A stretch of 64,000 bases of DNA from NCBI RefSeq assembly GCF_031769215.1, contig NW_026782177.1, forward strand, positions 682,001 to 746,000. Reading direction: 5' to 3'. A program made the position numbers and the translations under genes. Positions within the stretch are counted from its first letter, which is position 1, and each line of letters starts with the position of its first letter. Under the pieces are notes generated by a model. That model had not been told where the DNA came from. It searched no databases and saw only the letters and a list, made by a program, of their open reading frames with translations. The stretch is from Ylistrum balloti (lineage: Eukaryota). Positions 1 to 13,500 of the stretch are shown here, piece after piece.

Positions 1-1140
1 TAACTTGTACACAATACCACAGGGACCTCCTACAGGCCACAACAGGACTTACAGGGGAAATAATATAACACAATACCACCGGGACCTCCTACAGGCCACA
101 ACAGGACTTACTGGGAAATAATATAACACAATACCACAGGGACCTCCTGCAGGCCACAACAGGACTTACAGGGGAAATAATATAACTTGTACACAATATT
201 ACAGGGACCTCCTACAGGCCACAACAGGACTTACAGGAGAAATGATATAACACAATACCACAGGGACCTCCTACAGGCCACAACAGGACTTACAGGGGAA
301 ATAATATAACACAATACCACAGGGACCTCCTACAGGCCACAACAGGACTTACAGGGGAAATAATATAACTTGTACACAATACCACAGGGACCTCCTACAG
401 GCCACAACAGGACTTACAGGAGAAATAATATAACACAATACCACAGGGACCTCCTACAGGCCACAACAGGACTTACAGGGGAAATAATATAACTTGTACA
501 CAATACCACAGGGACCTCCTACAGGCCACAACAGGACTTACAGGAGAAATAATATAACACAATACCACAGGGACCTCCTACAGGCCACAACAGGACTTAC
601 AGGGGAAATAATATAACACAATACCACAGGGACCTCCTACAGGCCACAACAGGACTTACAGGGGAAATAATATAACTTGTACACAATACCACAGGGACCT
701 CCTACAGGCCACAACAGGACTTACAGGGGAAATAATATAACACAATACCACAGGGACCTCCTACAGGCCACAACAGGACTTACAGGGGAAATAATATAAC
801 TTGTACACAATACCACAGGGACCTCCTACAGGCCACAACAGGACTTACAGGAGAAATAATATAACACAATACCACAGGGACCTCCTACAGGCCACAACAG
901 GACTTACAGGGGAAATAATATAACTTGTACACAATATTACAGGGACCTCCTACAGGCCACAACAGGACTTACAGGGGAAATAATATAACTTGTACACAAT
1001 ACCACAGGGACCTCCTACAGGCCACAACAGGACTTACAGGGGAAATAATATAACACAATACCCCAGGGACCTCCTACAGGCCACAACAGGACTTACAGGG
1101 GGAATAATATAACTTGTACACAATATTACAGGGACCTCCA
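1..1140. repeat. Minisatellite with 59-bp and 65-bp units (acaataccacagggacctcctacaggccacaacaggacttacaggggaaataatataac +/- ttgtac), truncated by the window start
   Basis: Unit recurs at 11, 70 and onward; the two variants differ by a 6-bp ttgtac insert; about 18 copies. Confidence 0.97.
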
Positions 1141-1785
1141 ACTCTTTATCTTGTAACTGGCGTTGCTAGTGTCCGAATTCACCTGCAACATATGTTTTTA
1201 CTAAATTAGGCAGTGACAGTTATAATTCCAGCACGTGCGTCAGTTTGATAAAATTGCCTTCTGATTTTATAACATAACATTCAAAAATGTAATGAACTGT
1301 TCAAATAAGCTATTATGTTTGTTGAAGCAAGCAAGTTTATTTACAAAAATTCGGTAAATTGCTTTTTATATCCTTGGCATTGTGGAACTATATTTCCGTG
1401 CGGAGCAATTATTTTGACGTGCGTCATCAAGCACGAATCAGCTAACATCAACACCTGGTAAACACAGATTGAATTTGCTTATCAAATTGTTGAAGTTTCG
1501 ATAGTCTGATTTTTCAATTAGTGTTGAAAGAAAAACAGAAAGACAAATGGTTCACCAACGGCGCGCCACATTTGTCTTTCTTCACCTTCGTCAAGATACG
1601 GTTTATAAATAAATATGCTGACCACGTATTTTCTATATACATGTATAAAATTAATATGTAAGCGTGTACACGCACACAAATAAGTGCATGCGAAGGCCAG
1701 TGTTGCATTTTATGTTATATAAAGATTTTAAGATTAGAGTTTTGTTTTCAGACGTACATAAATAGAACGAGAGTTAGATCATATA

Positions 1786-2391
1786 CTCTCGTGTGCCAAA
1801 TAAACGTACATGTACGTTTATTTTTTATGGGAAAAAATACGCCCTGTACGATGCTTATTTGAGTCTGTACGTTTTCTGAAAAATCTTGTAAAAAAATCAG
1901 CTCGCTGGCGAGCTTCGCCTACCGCGCCACGATTGAAAAAAAACAATGTTCTGTCCCAAGGAAAACTCTATTGCGAACCCCCGTAACTGGTGACCTGATG
2001 GTATCGTCCACCGTCGGTAAAACGAAGACGACTAGGCTCAACATTGCATCGCATTTTCAGTTCGACCGAAGCGGAATCTCAAAATTCGTGAATGGAAAAC
2101 ACATTTGTTTGATATTCCCGTGATGTGTGATTATCAACTGTCTATCACTGCTTACTTCAAAACGCGAGATCATATTTTCACCGTGTTGCGACGAACGTCC
2201 CCTCGGAACATAACCGGAAATGGAATCGCCCAATCTGTCCTTGGCCGAAATCGTGCTGATAGGGTGTTACCAACATTTCATTTCATTTTGAAGATGCTGT
2301 ACTTTTAATCCCCTTTACTTTTATGAATTCCCAAAGAATTGTCCGCCCTGTACTTTTATTCCGCCCGGTACTTTTATTTGGCACACGAGAC
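1786..2391. mobile_element. Non-autonomous DNA transposon (MITE), Tc1/mariner-pogo type
   Basis: Left end TA|CTCTCGTGTGCCAAATAAACGTAC (1784-) and reverse complement of right end TA|GTCTCGTGTGCCAAATAAAAGTAC (ends 2393) form ~24-bp imperfect TIRs with a TA target duplication. Subterminal cgccctgtac repeats occur; there is no transposase ORF. Confidence 0.8.
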
Positions 2392-2800
2392 TAGTTAGAA
2401 TGTGCTTACTAACATTGCAAATGACTCCAGTACATTCTATCCAGTTTGGTACAAGTCTGTTTGGGAATAAGACCAACTTTCTCCCATACATACAATGTAT
2501 GTACACGCGCATTTTAAGTCATTTTAAAGAATCTGGACTTGCCTCATATAGCAAGGCTCGCAAAAATTAAACATTATGCGCTCAAAGCGATGTCTATCTG
2601 AGATAAGTGAAAAAACTACGACCGGCATTTTAGTCCGAGATCGGCTGTACACGTCTTCTGTACACGTATTTACAATAAAAAAAATCTGCTTAATTTGCCA
2701 ATGAAAAATGCCAGTATAATGCAGACGATTTAAAAACCCAAGATTTTCTCGAAACATTGAAATTTCCTTGAACATCATCACGTTATCTTATATCTGTATA

Positions 2801-3621
2801 TACGTGTTTAGTGTGACACATATACAGTGACATGTGTACCGAGTGTGTGTGAGACGTATTTAGTGTGACACGTATATAGTGACACGTGTACCGAGTGTGT
2901 GTGAGACGTATTTAGTGTGACACATATACAGTGACATGTGTACCGGGTGTGTGTATGTGAGACGTATTTAGTGTGACACGTATACAGTGACATGTGTACC
3001 GGGTGTGTGTATGTGAGACGTATTTAGTGTGACACGTATAGAGTGACATGTGTCCCGGGTGTGTGTATGTGAGACGTATTTAGTGTGACACATATACAGT
3101 GACGTGTGTACCGGGTGTATGTAAGACACGTATTTAGTGTGACACATATAAAGTGACATGTGTACCGGGTGTATGTGAGACACGTATTTAGTGTGACACG
3201 TATACAGTGACATGTGTACCGCGTGTTTGTGAGACGTATTTAGAGTGACACGGATACAGTGACATGTGTACCGGGTGTGTGTGAGATGTAATTAGTGTGA
3301 CACGTATACAGTGACATGTGTACCGGGTGTGTGTGAGATGTAATTAGTGTGACACGTATACAGTGACATGTGTACCGGGTGTGTGTGAGACGTGTTTAGT
3401 GTGACACGTGTACAGTGACATGTGTACCGGGTGTGTGTGAGACGTGTTTAGTGTGACACGTATACAGTGACATGTGTACCGAGTGTGTGTGAGACGTATT
3501 TAGGGTGACACGTATAGAGTGACATGTGTACCGGGTGTGTGTATGTGAGACGTATTTAGGGTGACACGTATACAGTGACATGTGTACCGGGTGTATATGA
3601 GATATATTTAGTGTGACACGT
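2801..3621. repeat. Minisatellite, ~52-56-bp unit (gtatttagtgtgacacgtatacagtgacatgtgtaccgggtgtgtgtgagac)
   Basis: Direct tandem repetition, about 15 copies; it explains the repetitive minus-strand ORFs 2808-3581. Confidence 0.96.
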
Positions 3622-4026
3622 AGGTTTCGCTGTTTTGTTAAAAAATTCTATTTATAGACAAAATTTCTCTCCAATCCGTTGTTATAGATTTTGTTGTACC
3701 TTCTATGGAATCGTTTGAATAATGAATATGTTGAGGTTAAATAAGCCAAAAACTAACGAGGATGATGAAAACAAATATTAGTGACAGTATTAGTGCTTCG
3801 TGTGAAACACGACATAATCAGTAATCGGGACAAGATTTTAAAGATGTCAGAGTTTAGTACTTATTGAACCCTGATATTTGTATATGCCTTGATCTTTATT
3901 TCAAGGTAACAGAACGTTTAAAAGTAATTCATTGAGTAAATAAGATTAACTCTGACCTTAAATCTATTTATAACTGGATTGTGAAGACGTGGATATTCTA
4001 CTTTCACTTTTGGTTTACGTGCAGTG

Positions 4027-4542
4027 ATGGTGTCAACTATACTCGCCTTCTTGTGTCGGATTATTCTGCTAATAACTTTCATAGCGAGCAATGATGAGCA
4101 CGTTCCTTCCTTTTATGGTCTACCTGGGTACAGTCTCGTGAGTTTACGTGCCTGGGAGAGTCTTCTAATACCACGTGATTTTAACTGGATTGTGAATATT
4201 CCACAGACGTTGATATCGCCATTGTGCAGTTTCGCCACTGTTTTAATCGAAGTCTGGACTTGGATAGAAAGGTGGACGAGTGATTTTTATTCATGGTTCG
4301 TTAAAAAAGATTATAAGACACTTCAGTGCGACATGAATGACGATTTCATCTTTCCGAACACCTTTTATCAAAATGTTCAGACTGTGGCACCACCAAGCAG
4401 TTTCTATGATAACAATACAGTAACCAGGCCTACAGATACCTCTATACCACAGAAGGATTTTAACTTATGTCTACTAGGTGTCGTGGTGCTATTGCTGGTG
4501 ATTGTGTACTTTTGTTGCAAAGAAAACGGAGAATTTTCGAAA
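4027..4542 (+). CDS. First coding exon of the USP gene model: hydrophobic leader, putative luminal region, TM helix
   Basis: MVSTILAFLCRIILLITFIAS leader; TM LCLLGVVVLLLVIVYFCC; ends AAA|GTAAGT (strong donor, phase 0). A pyrimidine-rich acceptor ending gcag at 4024 implies an upstream exon. Confidence 0.7.
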
Positions 4543-7500
4543 GTAAGTACTAAAACATTGTTTTATAAATCATGATGATATTAAGGATACTGGTCCAATA
4601 ATAATGTTGTTCCGTTTATTTTTATATTTGTATATATTTGATATATGTGGTCGAATGGAAATTTTAAGATAACACAGTCAAGATAACGTAACGAGAAACG
4701 AAAGTTGAAAACATAGGTATAAATATATGAGAAATGATGACGTGTCATCCTGTCGTGGAGAAAGAAATCATTCCATTAGTAATATACTATTTCACTTTAG
4801 TCAATTCTGCATTTTTTATCGATATTTCATCATTTCTACAGGTAAATAGACTTTATTCATTGATTTTGCTGAGTAGATGAAATACGACCTTATGGTAAAT
4901 GATCAACGTAATACCGTATAATGTTGAACTATTAGTCATGTATGAGAGGTCAAAAAATTGATTCTGATCATTTCAACTTCCGCTTTCGTTTTGCGACCTT
5001 TCAACTTTCGTTTTCGTTTTGGGACCTTTCAACTTTCGCTTTCTTTTTGGACCTCACAAAAGTATATCCTACACATAATCTATCAAATGGACCAATGACT
5101 TGCTGATAACTTGTTGCTTTATGCTACACCAAAAATGCGGAGGGAAATTGTTTGTATATACTTTCTGCTTACTTAAAATAAAATATTACGGACTGTTTTC
5201 ATTACTGTAAAACTAATAACGTACCGCACACACCCCTCATTTTTAGAAACGAAAACGAAATTCTGCTTGGAACACACAGAATGGGACCAGTGACAAACAG
5301 TCCTCAAAGTCTAAGGTTGGTGTAACTTTTCTAAGGTTGGTGTTACTTGTCTAAGGTTTGTGTTACTTGTCTAAGTTTGGTGTTACTATTCTAAGATTGG
5401 TGTTACTTGTTTAAGTTTGTGTTACTTGTCTAAGTTTGGTGTTACTTGTCTAAGGTAGGTGTTACTTATCTAAGATTGGTGTTACTTATCTAAGATTGGT
5501 GTTACTTATCTAAGATTGGTGTTACTTGTCTAAGTTTGGTGTTACTTGTCTAAGTTAGGTGTTACTTGTCTAAGTTTGGTGTTACTATTCTAAGATTGGT
5601 GTTACTTGTTTAAGTTTGTGTTACTTATCTAAGATTGGTGTTACTTATCTAAGATCGGTGTTACTTGTCTAAGGTATGTAACTTATTTAAGATTGGTGTT
5701 ACTTGTCTAAGTTTGGTGTTACTTGTCTAAGTTTGGTGTTACTTGTCTACGTTTGGTGTTACTTGTCTAAGGTTGGTGTTACTTGTCTAAGGTTTGTGTT
5801 ACTTGTCTAAGGTAGGTGTTACTTGTCTAAGTTTGGTGTTACTTGTCTAAGGTTGGTGTTACTTGTCTAAGGTTGGTGTTACTTGTCTAAGGTTTGTGTT
5901 ACTTGTCTAAGTTTGGTGTTACTTGTCTAAGGTTTGTGTTACTTGTCTAAGCTTGGTGTTACTTGTCTAAGGTAGGTGTTACTTGTCTAAGTTTGGTGTT
6001 ACTTGTCTAAGTTTGGTGTTACTTGTCTAAGGTTGGTGTTACTTGTCTAAGGTTTGTGTTACTTGTCTAAATTTGGTGTTACTTGTCTAAGGTAGGTGTT
6101 ACTTGTCTAAGCTTGGTGTTACTTGTCTAAGGTAGGTGTTACTTGTCTAAGTTTGGTGTTACTTGTTTAAGGTTGGTGTTACTTGTCTAAGGTTTGTGTT
6201 ACTTGTCTAAGTTTGGTGTTACTTGTCTAAGGTTTGTGTTACTTGTCTAAGTTTGGTGTTACTTGTCTGAGGTATGTAACTTATCTAAGATTGGTGTTAC
6301 TTGTCTAAGATTGGTGTTACTTGTCTAAGTTTGGTGATACTTGTCTTATCCCATTCACAATTTTTTTTTCATTGTTAATTTATTAACACGTTATTATGGT
6401 TGAATAGATTCCAAACAGTAATGACGAGAAATACACACAGGCCAAAGAGGGTAATGGAGAACAGACTAAGAAACATAAACAGGCACATAAGGAAGAGGAT
6501 GATGAAATCAGCGAGAAACATCGGGTAGAGTCATTCATTTTAATTGAAATATGGCAATATTATCGATTATGTAACAATACGTAACAAACCCAGTTACACT
6601 GTCATTGACTACGTAGGTAACAATACGTAACAAACCCAGTTACACCGACATTGACTACGTAGGTAACAAACCCAGTTACACTGACATTGACTACGTATGT
6701 AACAATACGTAACAAACCAAGTTACACTGACATTGACTACGTAGGTAACAAACCCAGTTACACCGACACTGACTACGTAGGTAACAATACGTAACAAACC
6801 CAGTTACACTGACACTGACTACGTATGTAACAATACGTAACAAACCCAGTTACACTGACACTGACTACGTATGTAACAATACGTAACAAACCCAGTTACA
6901 CTGTCATTGACTAACGTATGTAACAAAACGTAACAAACCCAGTTACACTGACATTGACTACGTATGTAACAATACGTAACAAACCCAGTTACACTGACAT
7001 TGACTACGTATGTAACAATACGTAACAAACCAAGTTACACTGACATTGACTACGTATGTAACAGTATGTAACAAACCCAGTTACACTGACATTGACTACG
7101 TATCTAAAATCGATGTGATAAATTTATTGAATAAATTTACATTTCAAAAGAGGTCATTCATGCGTAACGTGTATACACCCATAACGTGATCGCATTTCGC
7201 TTCAATGACTTGTTCATACTTTGGTTAAGCATAGTGTATAACATTATCGTGTTAGCGTGTAATATAGTTGACGCTTCCACTTAAAACAGGACATCGGTAT
7301 GCAAAACCAAGGAGGGAAAAGGCAGACGACCGCAGAACCTGACACGGTAACTTGTTTCAAATTTCATTTTATCACATATTTGACCAATCATAGAAGTTCT
7401 TTGATAATTGAATTTCTGTCTTCTCTCTGATACATTGATATTGGTTACGTATTTTCTTTCAGTAGAAAGAATGTCATAGACCTTGTCCTTCGTATTTCCC

Positions 7501-10500
7501 CACCAGGTGTCGGAAGAAATTGCTGCCCTGTAGTATGCCTTGTAATTCCTTTGTTGCATAACATTTGGGAACATAACATTGTTAACTTGGATTTATCAAG
7601 ATTGAACACACTTACCTTTTCGAAACACCTTGTCAAATTTTCTTTGTGTAAACTGTCATATATGCCTGATTTAACCGAATTCGAGTTTGAATTAATACTC
7701 TGTTGATGTGCTAGTATTTTCTTTATTGTCGTAGTGTAGCAATACATCTAAAAGCGACAGAATAACATGATTTTTTAATAATAACAATTTTTTTAACTAA
7801 GCCCCCAAACCGACGTCGAGAAACAGTAAATTATGTTAATATTTGATATCAAAAGTAGGTGAATAAGATATATATGTTACAGGAGGACCCGAAGACAATG
7901 CTGGAATTAAGATTTTTCACGCTTTATTGAATTTAATTTATATTCCTATAATAATCACCAACATATTTTTGCCAAACGATGGCATCAAAGGTTCATGCGT
8001 ATAATGATATCTAGTTCCCCGTTCAGATCAAATGTCGTTTCTTACTGCAGTACAAATGTAACATGTTTTATATGTCTGAGAAAAGTTTCATGCAAGATTC
8101 AGAAAGATGAGCCAACGACTATCATCATCATTCCCAACTAAGAGTTTTATTCAATTAGTAACTCTCGTAACAAAATTGTAAAATATACACAAGAAATGAT
8201 ATTGTACAGACTGATGTATCAGTCTATTAATTAACCACATATCAACGTTGTTTTAGATTTGTTTCTGTCTAGAATTTGTTATTATATCTTATATATAGTG
8301 TATGACTTCTGTGAATACACTCTCATGAAATATTATCATTCAACAATTTTTTTCCTGTCTTAACTAGTTACAAGTTATACATTTCATTCTTATATCTGAT
8401 TTTGGGCTGAAATAGAACACCGCTGAGAGAAATACATGTTTTCATATTGAAATCGACATACAGAAAAGGAAGAGAAAACATGACCTGACGTGTGAAGATG
8501 GCGAAGTTAAAAGGGAAGAAGCCGGTTGTAAGGTACAAAGACTTCTTTAAAGAAACGTGTATTGAATGTTTACCTGTATCGATATGAAATGTATAGCTTC
8601 ATCATTTTGCTTTTATTCAAACGTTAATTTCATACATTTCGTCGCAATAAAACAGGAAGGGGAAAGGCAAAATTCGGCCGTGAAAAGGAAATGGGCAGTG
8701 GAAAGTGAAAAACAGGCCAAGAGAAGAAAAGAGGAGGAAAGTAAACAACAGGCAGAGAGAAGAAAAGAGGAGGAAAGTAAACAACAGGCAGAGAGAAGAA
8801 AACAGGAGGAAGGTAAACAACAGGCAGAGAGAAGAAAACAGGAGGAAAGTAAACAACAGGCAGAGAGAAGAAAACAGGAGGAAAGTAAACAACAGGCAGA
8901 GAGAAGAAAACAGGAGGAAAGTAAACAACAGGCAGAGAGAAGAAAACAGGAGGAAAGACAGAAAAGAAAACAGGAAATGTACAGAGTGAGTAAAGTTAAT
9001 GATACAGATATTGTTTTGATATCATCTGAAAATCACTCTCCAAAGTTCCCTGACGCTTAGTAGTTATTAATGGTCATTTGTATATTACACGAGTCATATT
9101 ATAATTCAGCGTGATAGTGGTATTGTATATACAATGACATTCTCTTGCAGTAATCTAATATAGAAAGTTATAGATTTCTTTTAACTATAGCTAAGTGTTA
9201 TCTCCATCTTTCTGGCTTTCAACACTTTAGGCCAAGAGCACCACTAACGTTTGCTGGAAGAGCCAACAGATTTACAATACATTGAAACTTTCTATTCATA
9301 TGTGTATCTTTAACACGATTTTTGAAATGCGTACTGTTTGTGGATTACTGTTTATTTAAACCAATATTTTTTGATATCTCAGAAATTCCGTGCAGAAGTC
9401 AGGAAATGGATGGAACTTGGATATAACAAACCTCAATGTATACCAGCAGTAAGTGATTCTATAGTCAAAGTTTTTTTTTTACTTTATATGAGACTTGTAA
9501 GCTTGTATAAATACAAATGGAAACATGACTTTCTTGGCAATGCCGATCATGAAATATTAAAACAAAAACAAAGAAAATAACGTCTTGTCAATATAATCCT
9601 AATTCCAATGCGATGTCAATAGATCTACATATAAACACAACAGATTTATAAAGAGACTCCTGAAAAAGTACAAGGAAAATTAGATCACATGTTCCGGAAG
9701 AGTAAGTGTCTTCTGCTTCATCAACGACCCCTGCCATGTAATTCTTTGTCAATCCTAGTAGTAATGTCATGTTACCAATTGAGAACAAGGTAAATAACAT
9801 GGAACCACCATGCAAAATATCGATCATTAAACGCGTCTGACTTCATATCATAAAAGGAAAAATAATTTTCCCTATGAGATCACTATGACGACCGTAAAAC
9901 TCCTACATAATCATATTCGGCCTTCATCTCTCGAAATCTGTGTCATGAGGTTTATTTATCAGTTACCATCGTGTTATCGGGAACAAGTACTTGAATATCG
10001 AATAAACTAAGACATGTAAACACGTAAGTTTGGGAATGCAGGGTGTCGCTATCCAGAAATTGAAAATTCGCAAAAGGGCATTGTAATCAGCACACTTATC
10101 ATACAGCTGTTTCTGTTGGTTTCGTTGTGATAAAATGGTCGATGTAAGCAGCTGATTTAGAAGTATCTTTCCTTTGACATAAAAGTCATGAAATACCATT
10201 GCATGTGTCTTTTCTATGAATAAGTATTTTACCTCACAAACGTTGATTCCACTAAAACTGATTTCATTAATGTTTGTCAATGATACTTGTAACCAAAATT
10301 GCTCATTTAACTTTGCAGGGAATACCAAACCTGGGCAACACGTGTTACCTGAATTCGCTTCTACAGGTGGTATTACGTTTCGTACAATCAGACTTTAATC
10401 ATTTTTGATCTTATATCATTGGTTGTTTGATCGCTGTACTGGCGCAGTATTCCGCTCGCCTTTTATCTAGTATACCAGGCTTCGATTTCTCGATCGGACG

Positions 10501-13500
10501 TAAAAAATGTATGGAGGCATCTGCACGACCACGTGGATTTCCTTGGGTATTCCGAATTCACTGTAAGGTCTTCATCTGGGCTAACAAGATTGATATTAGA
10601 TGTAAATTTGTAAAACATGCGGAGTCTTCGTTTTTTATAGCATGGTGATGGTATGCTTCTCTTTAATGCTGTTATCTCTGCATTCGTCATATATGTGGAC
10701 GATTTAAGTCAATCTTCGCGATAAATGACATGTTTACAAATAATACAAAACTAAGTAAATAAATCTGAAAACGTAGATAAGTGGTGTGAAGAATGACCGA
10801 AACGTAGATGAGAAGAGGAAATTTGGTTGGAGAACCATTCATATCAGTGATAGCATGAAATATATATCCTGTCGGCATTGCTTGATGACGGCGAAATTTT
10901 TCAACCGCCTATGACTTGTCATCACTGGAAAATAACGACACCAAACCAACCAGTTATACAGATATGCGATTTTTGTTAGCAAACTCGGATGTAATGAAGA
11001 ACATCATCATTTTTTATTTCGTATTGACTATGAAGACATTTTTTAAAGCGGATACCATGCTCGATAAACTTTGTTGAAAGTTTTTATCGACGATGAATCA
11101 AGATGATCATTTTCATAATCAGAAAGCCAAACTTTACACCTATTTCTATCGCATTTTGTAGGTGTTGAGCTGGACACCATTGATAGGACAACAGCTCGCA
11201 GAGCAAGTCACGAAATCAGTAGAGGACAAGGAAATGGTAAATATTTATTTAGAAAAAATATCAAAATTAATTGATTTATGGTGCATAATGCTGATAATGA
11301 TGGTACATGATGACAGTGGTCATCATTATCAAATTATTATCAAAGCCGGATGATGATGATGATGGTGACGATGATGATGATGACGACGACGACGACGATG
11401 ATGATGATGATGATGGTGTTTTGAAATTTAAAAAAAAAACTGATACCATGTACTGTTTTATAAGGAAGTATCTGCTGAATGTGTCTTTTGACTGAGTGTT
11501 TCGGTTTTGTTGTTAGAAACTGCGGGCATCGTCTTTTGTGTTTTGAATGTAAACTGCTTTTTGCTTGTATTTACGTGGAAACCGTAGACAAAACAAATTT
11601 AAAAAAATATTGATCTGTAGATAAGATGGCTTATCATATTGATTGTATTTAATAGAAAGACGATTTAAGCCATGCCAATCTATCGGCAGGGCTGTTTCTG
11701 CTTCTCAACAAGGTTCACTCATCAAACTCATCAAACAGTGCTCGGATGGTACATCACGATATCCCACGTACTATCCTACAGAGGGCCAGGAAACTGTAAG
11801 CATGTTTATTGAAGCAAGTCATAATTATACGTTTAGTCATTTACGAGAAGTTAAAAAGTGATATCTGATCTTCCGGATAGTATAGCCGTTCTAAAACCTG
11901 GATGCTACAAAATAAAAAATAAATAAATATTTCAAGATCAAGTAAGGTTAAACTGATAACAAGTATATCTAAAGTGTGCCACTTTTCAGCATTTATCTGT
12001 CAATAAACTCACAAAATATACACATCAGTTACCAGCACCTGAAGTTGTCGTCAATAGTAGTGTAAACCGTTAGTATGATAACGGTGTAGGAACTTGTCCA
12101 TGTTATATTTGTCTATATAAAATAATGTGGTGTGTACAATGATCAAATGGTAAAAGTATAAAATAGTTTTATTAAGATATATAATGCTGTAAAATTATCA
12201 TCTATCCTTATGTTTTAGAAGATATATATATATATATCGCGGGGTATTATATTGTTATTTTAAGCAATGACCAGTTTAATGGGCATCAACAACAAGACAG
12301 TTTCGAGATGTACAACACCCTGATTAGCGGATTGGAAGATGAGGCGAGAGTATTGTCTTTCAAGGTACTATACATAAGGCTCGGTATAACACGAGGATGA
12401 CAAGCCATTGATATTGAAGTGTCGTCGTCTGTGTGAGATAGTTATAAACTACGTCTGAAAATTGCTGAAAATTCTAGAAACCAAAGGTCTGAAAACTGCC
12501 GAAAATTCTAAAACCCAAAGTCTGAAAACTGCTGAAAATTCTAAAAACTCTAGATCTGAAAACTGCCGAAAATTCTAAAAACTCTAGATCTGAAAACTGC
12601 CGAAAATTCTAAAACCCAAAGTCTGAAAACTGCTGAAAATTCTAAAAACTCTAGATCTGAAAACTGCCGAAAATTCTAAAAACTCTAGATCTGAAAACTG
12701 CCGAAAATTCTAAAACCCAAAGTCTGAAAACTGCTGAAAATTAAAAAAAAATATTTCATCGAAAATAGAAATGGGTGATGAAAAGCATGGCATTTCAAAC
12801 GTTATTCTACCACAATGTTAAACAGGGTGGTCGGGTGGCGAGGGTGGTCGGGTGGCGCAGTGGTAACGCTCTCAGACACCTCGCGCGCTTCCATCCGGGC
12901 CAACAAGAGTGATTAATATGGGTTGGAAAAACCTATTGTAAAATAAACAAAGTTTTTTTATTATAATGTTTAACAAGAACCTTACAACTGCAAATATTTC
13001 TCCATATGCAGTTGACACTTTATCTATTTTCCCAGTATCCTTGTAGATTTCTGCCTTCCAACCATAGTCCAGGAAGATATATGGTAATTACGGAACTGAT
13101 TGAATTAGGTCATCGGTACATCATTCCATCCGGACTCTGCCATATCCTCAGTCGATTCTCGGGCTTCAGAATTCAGGCCCCTAGCATCACTGACTTGTCG
13201 GGGAACCGCTAAATAGTTTCATGATGATGTTAAATTTATTAGTGGACTAAACTATAACATTATTCGTATGAAATTTGCTATTTATCAGAGTGTTTTTCGT
13301 GCAATATTTTACAATGTTTTTAAATGTAATGATGATTTAAATACTTTTCAGCTGAATATTTTATATTTTTGGTTATCATATATATCCTGACAATTTTTTT
13401 AATTGAAGATGAGAGTAAAACCCATCTTATGAATCTCTTATCTATTGCAGCAGGCTGGCTCAAGGAAGTTGACAGGTAAATATGTTTCATTTTCTTCGAT

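Noticed and set aside
1141-1640. Possible minus-strand exons of a gene running off the window start
   Set aside because: Acceptor-like sites exist, but donors and frame continuity are unconvincing.
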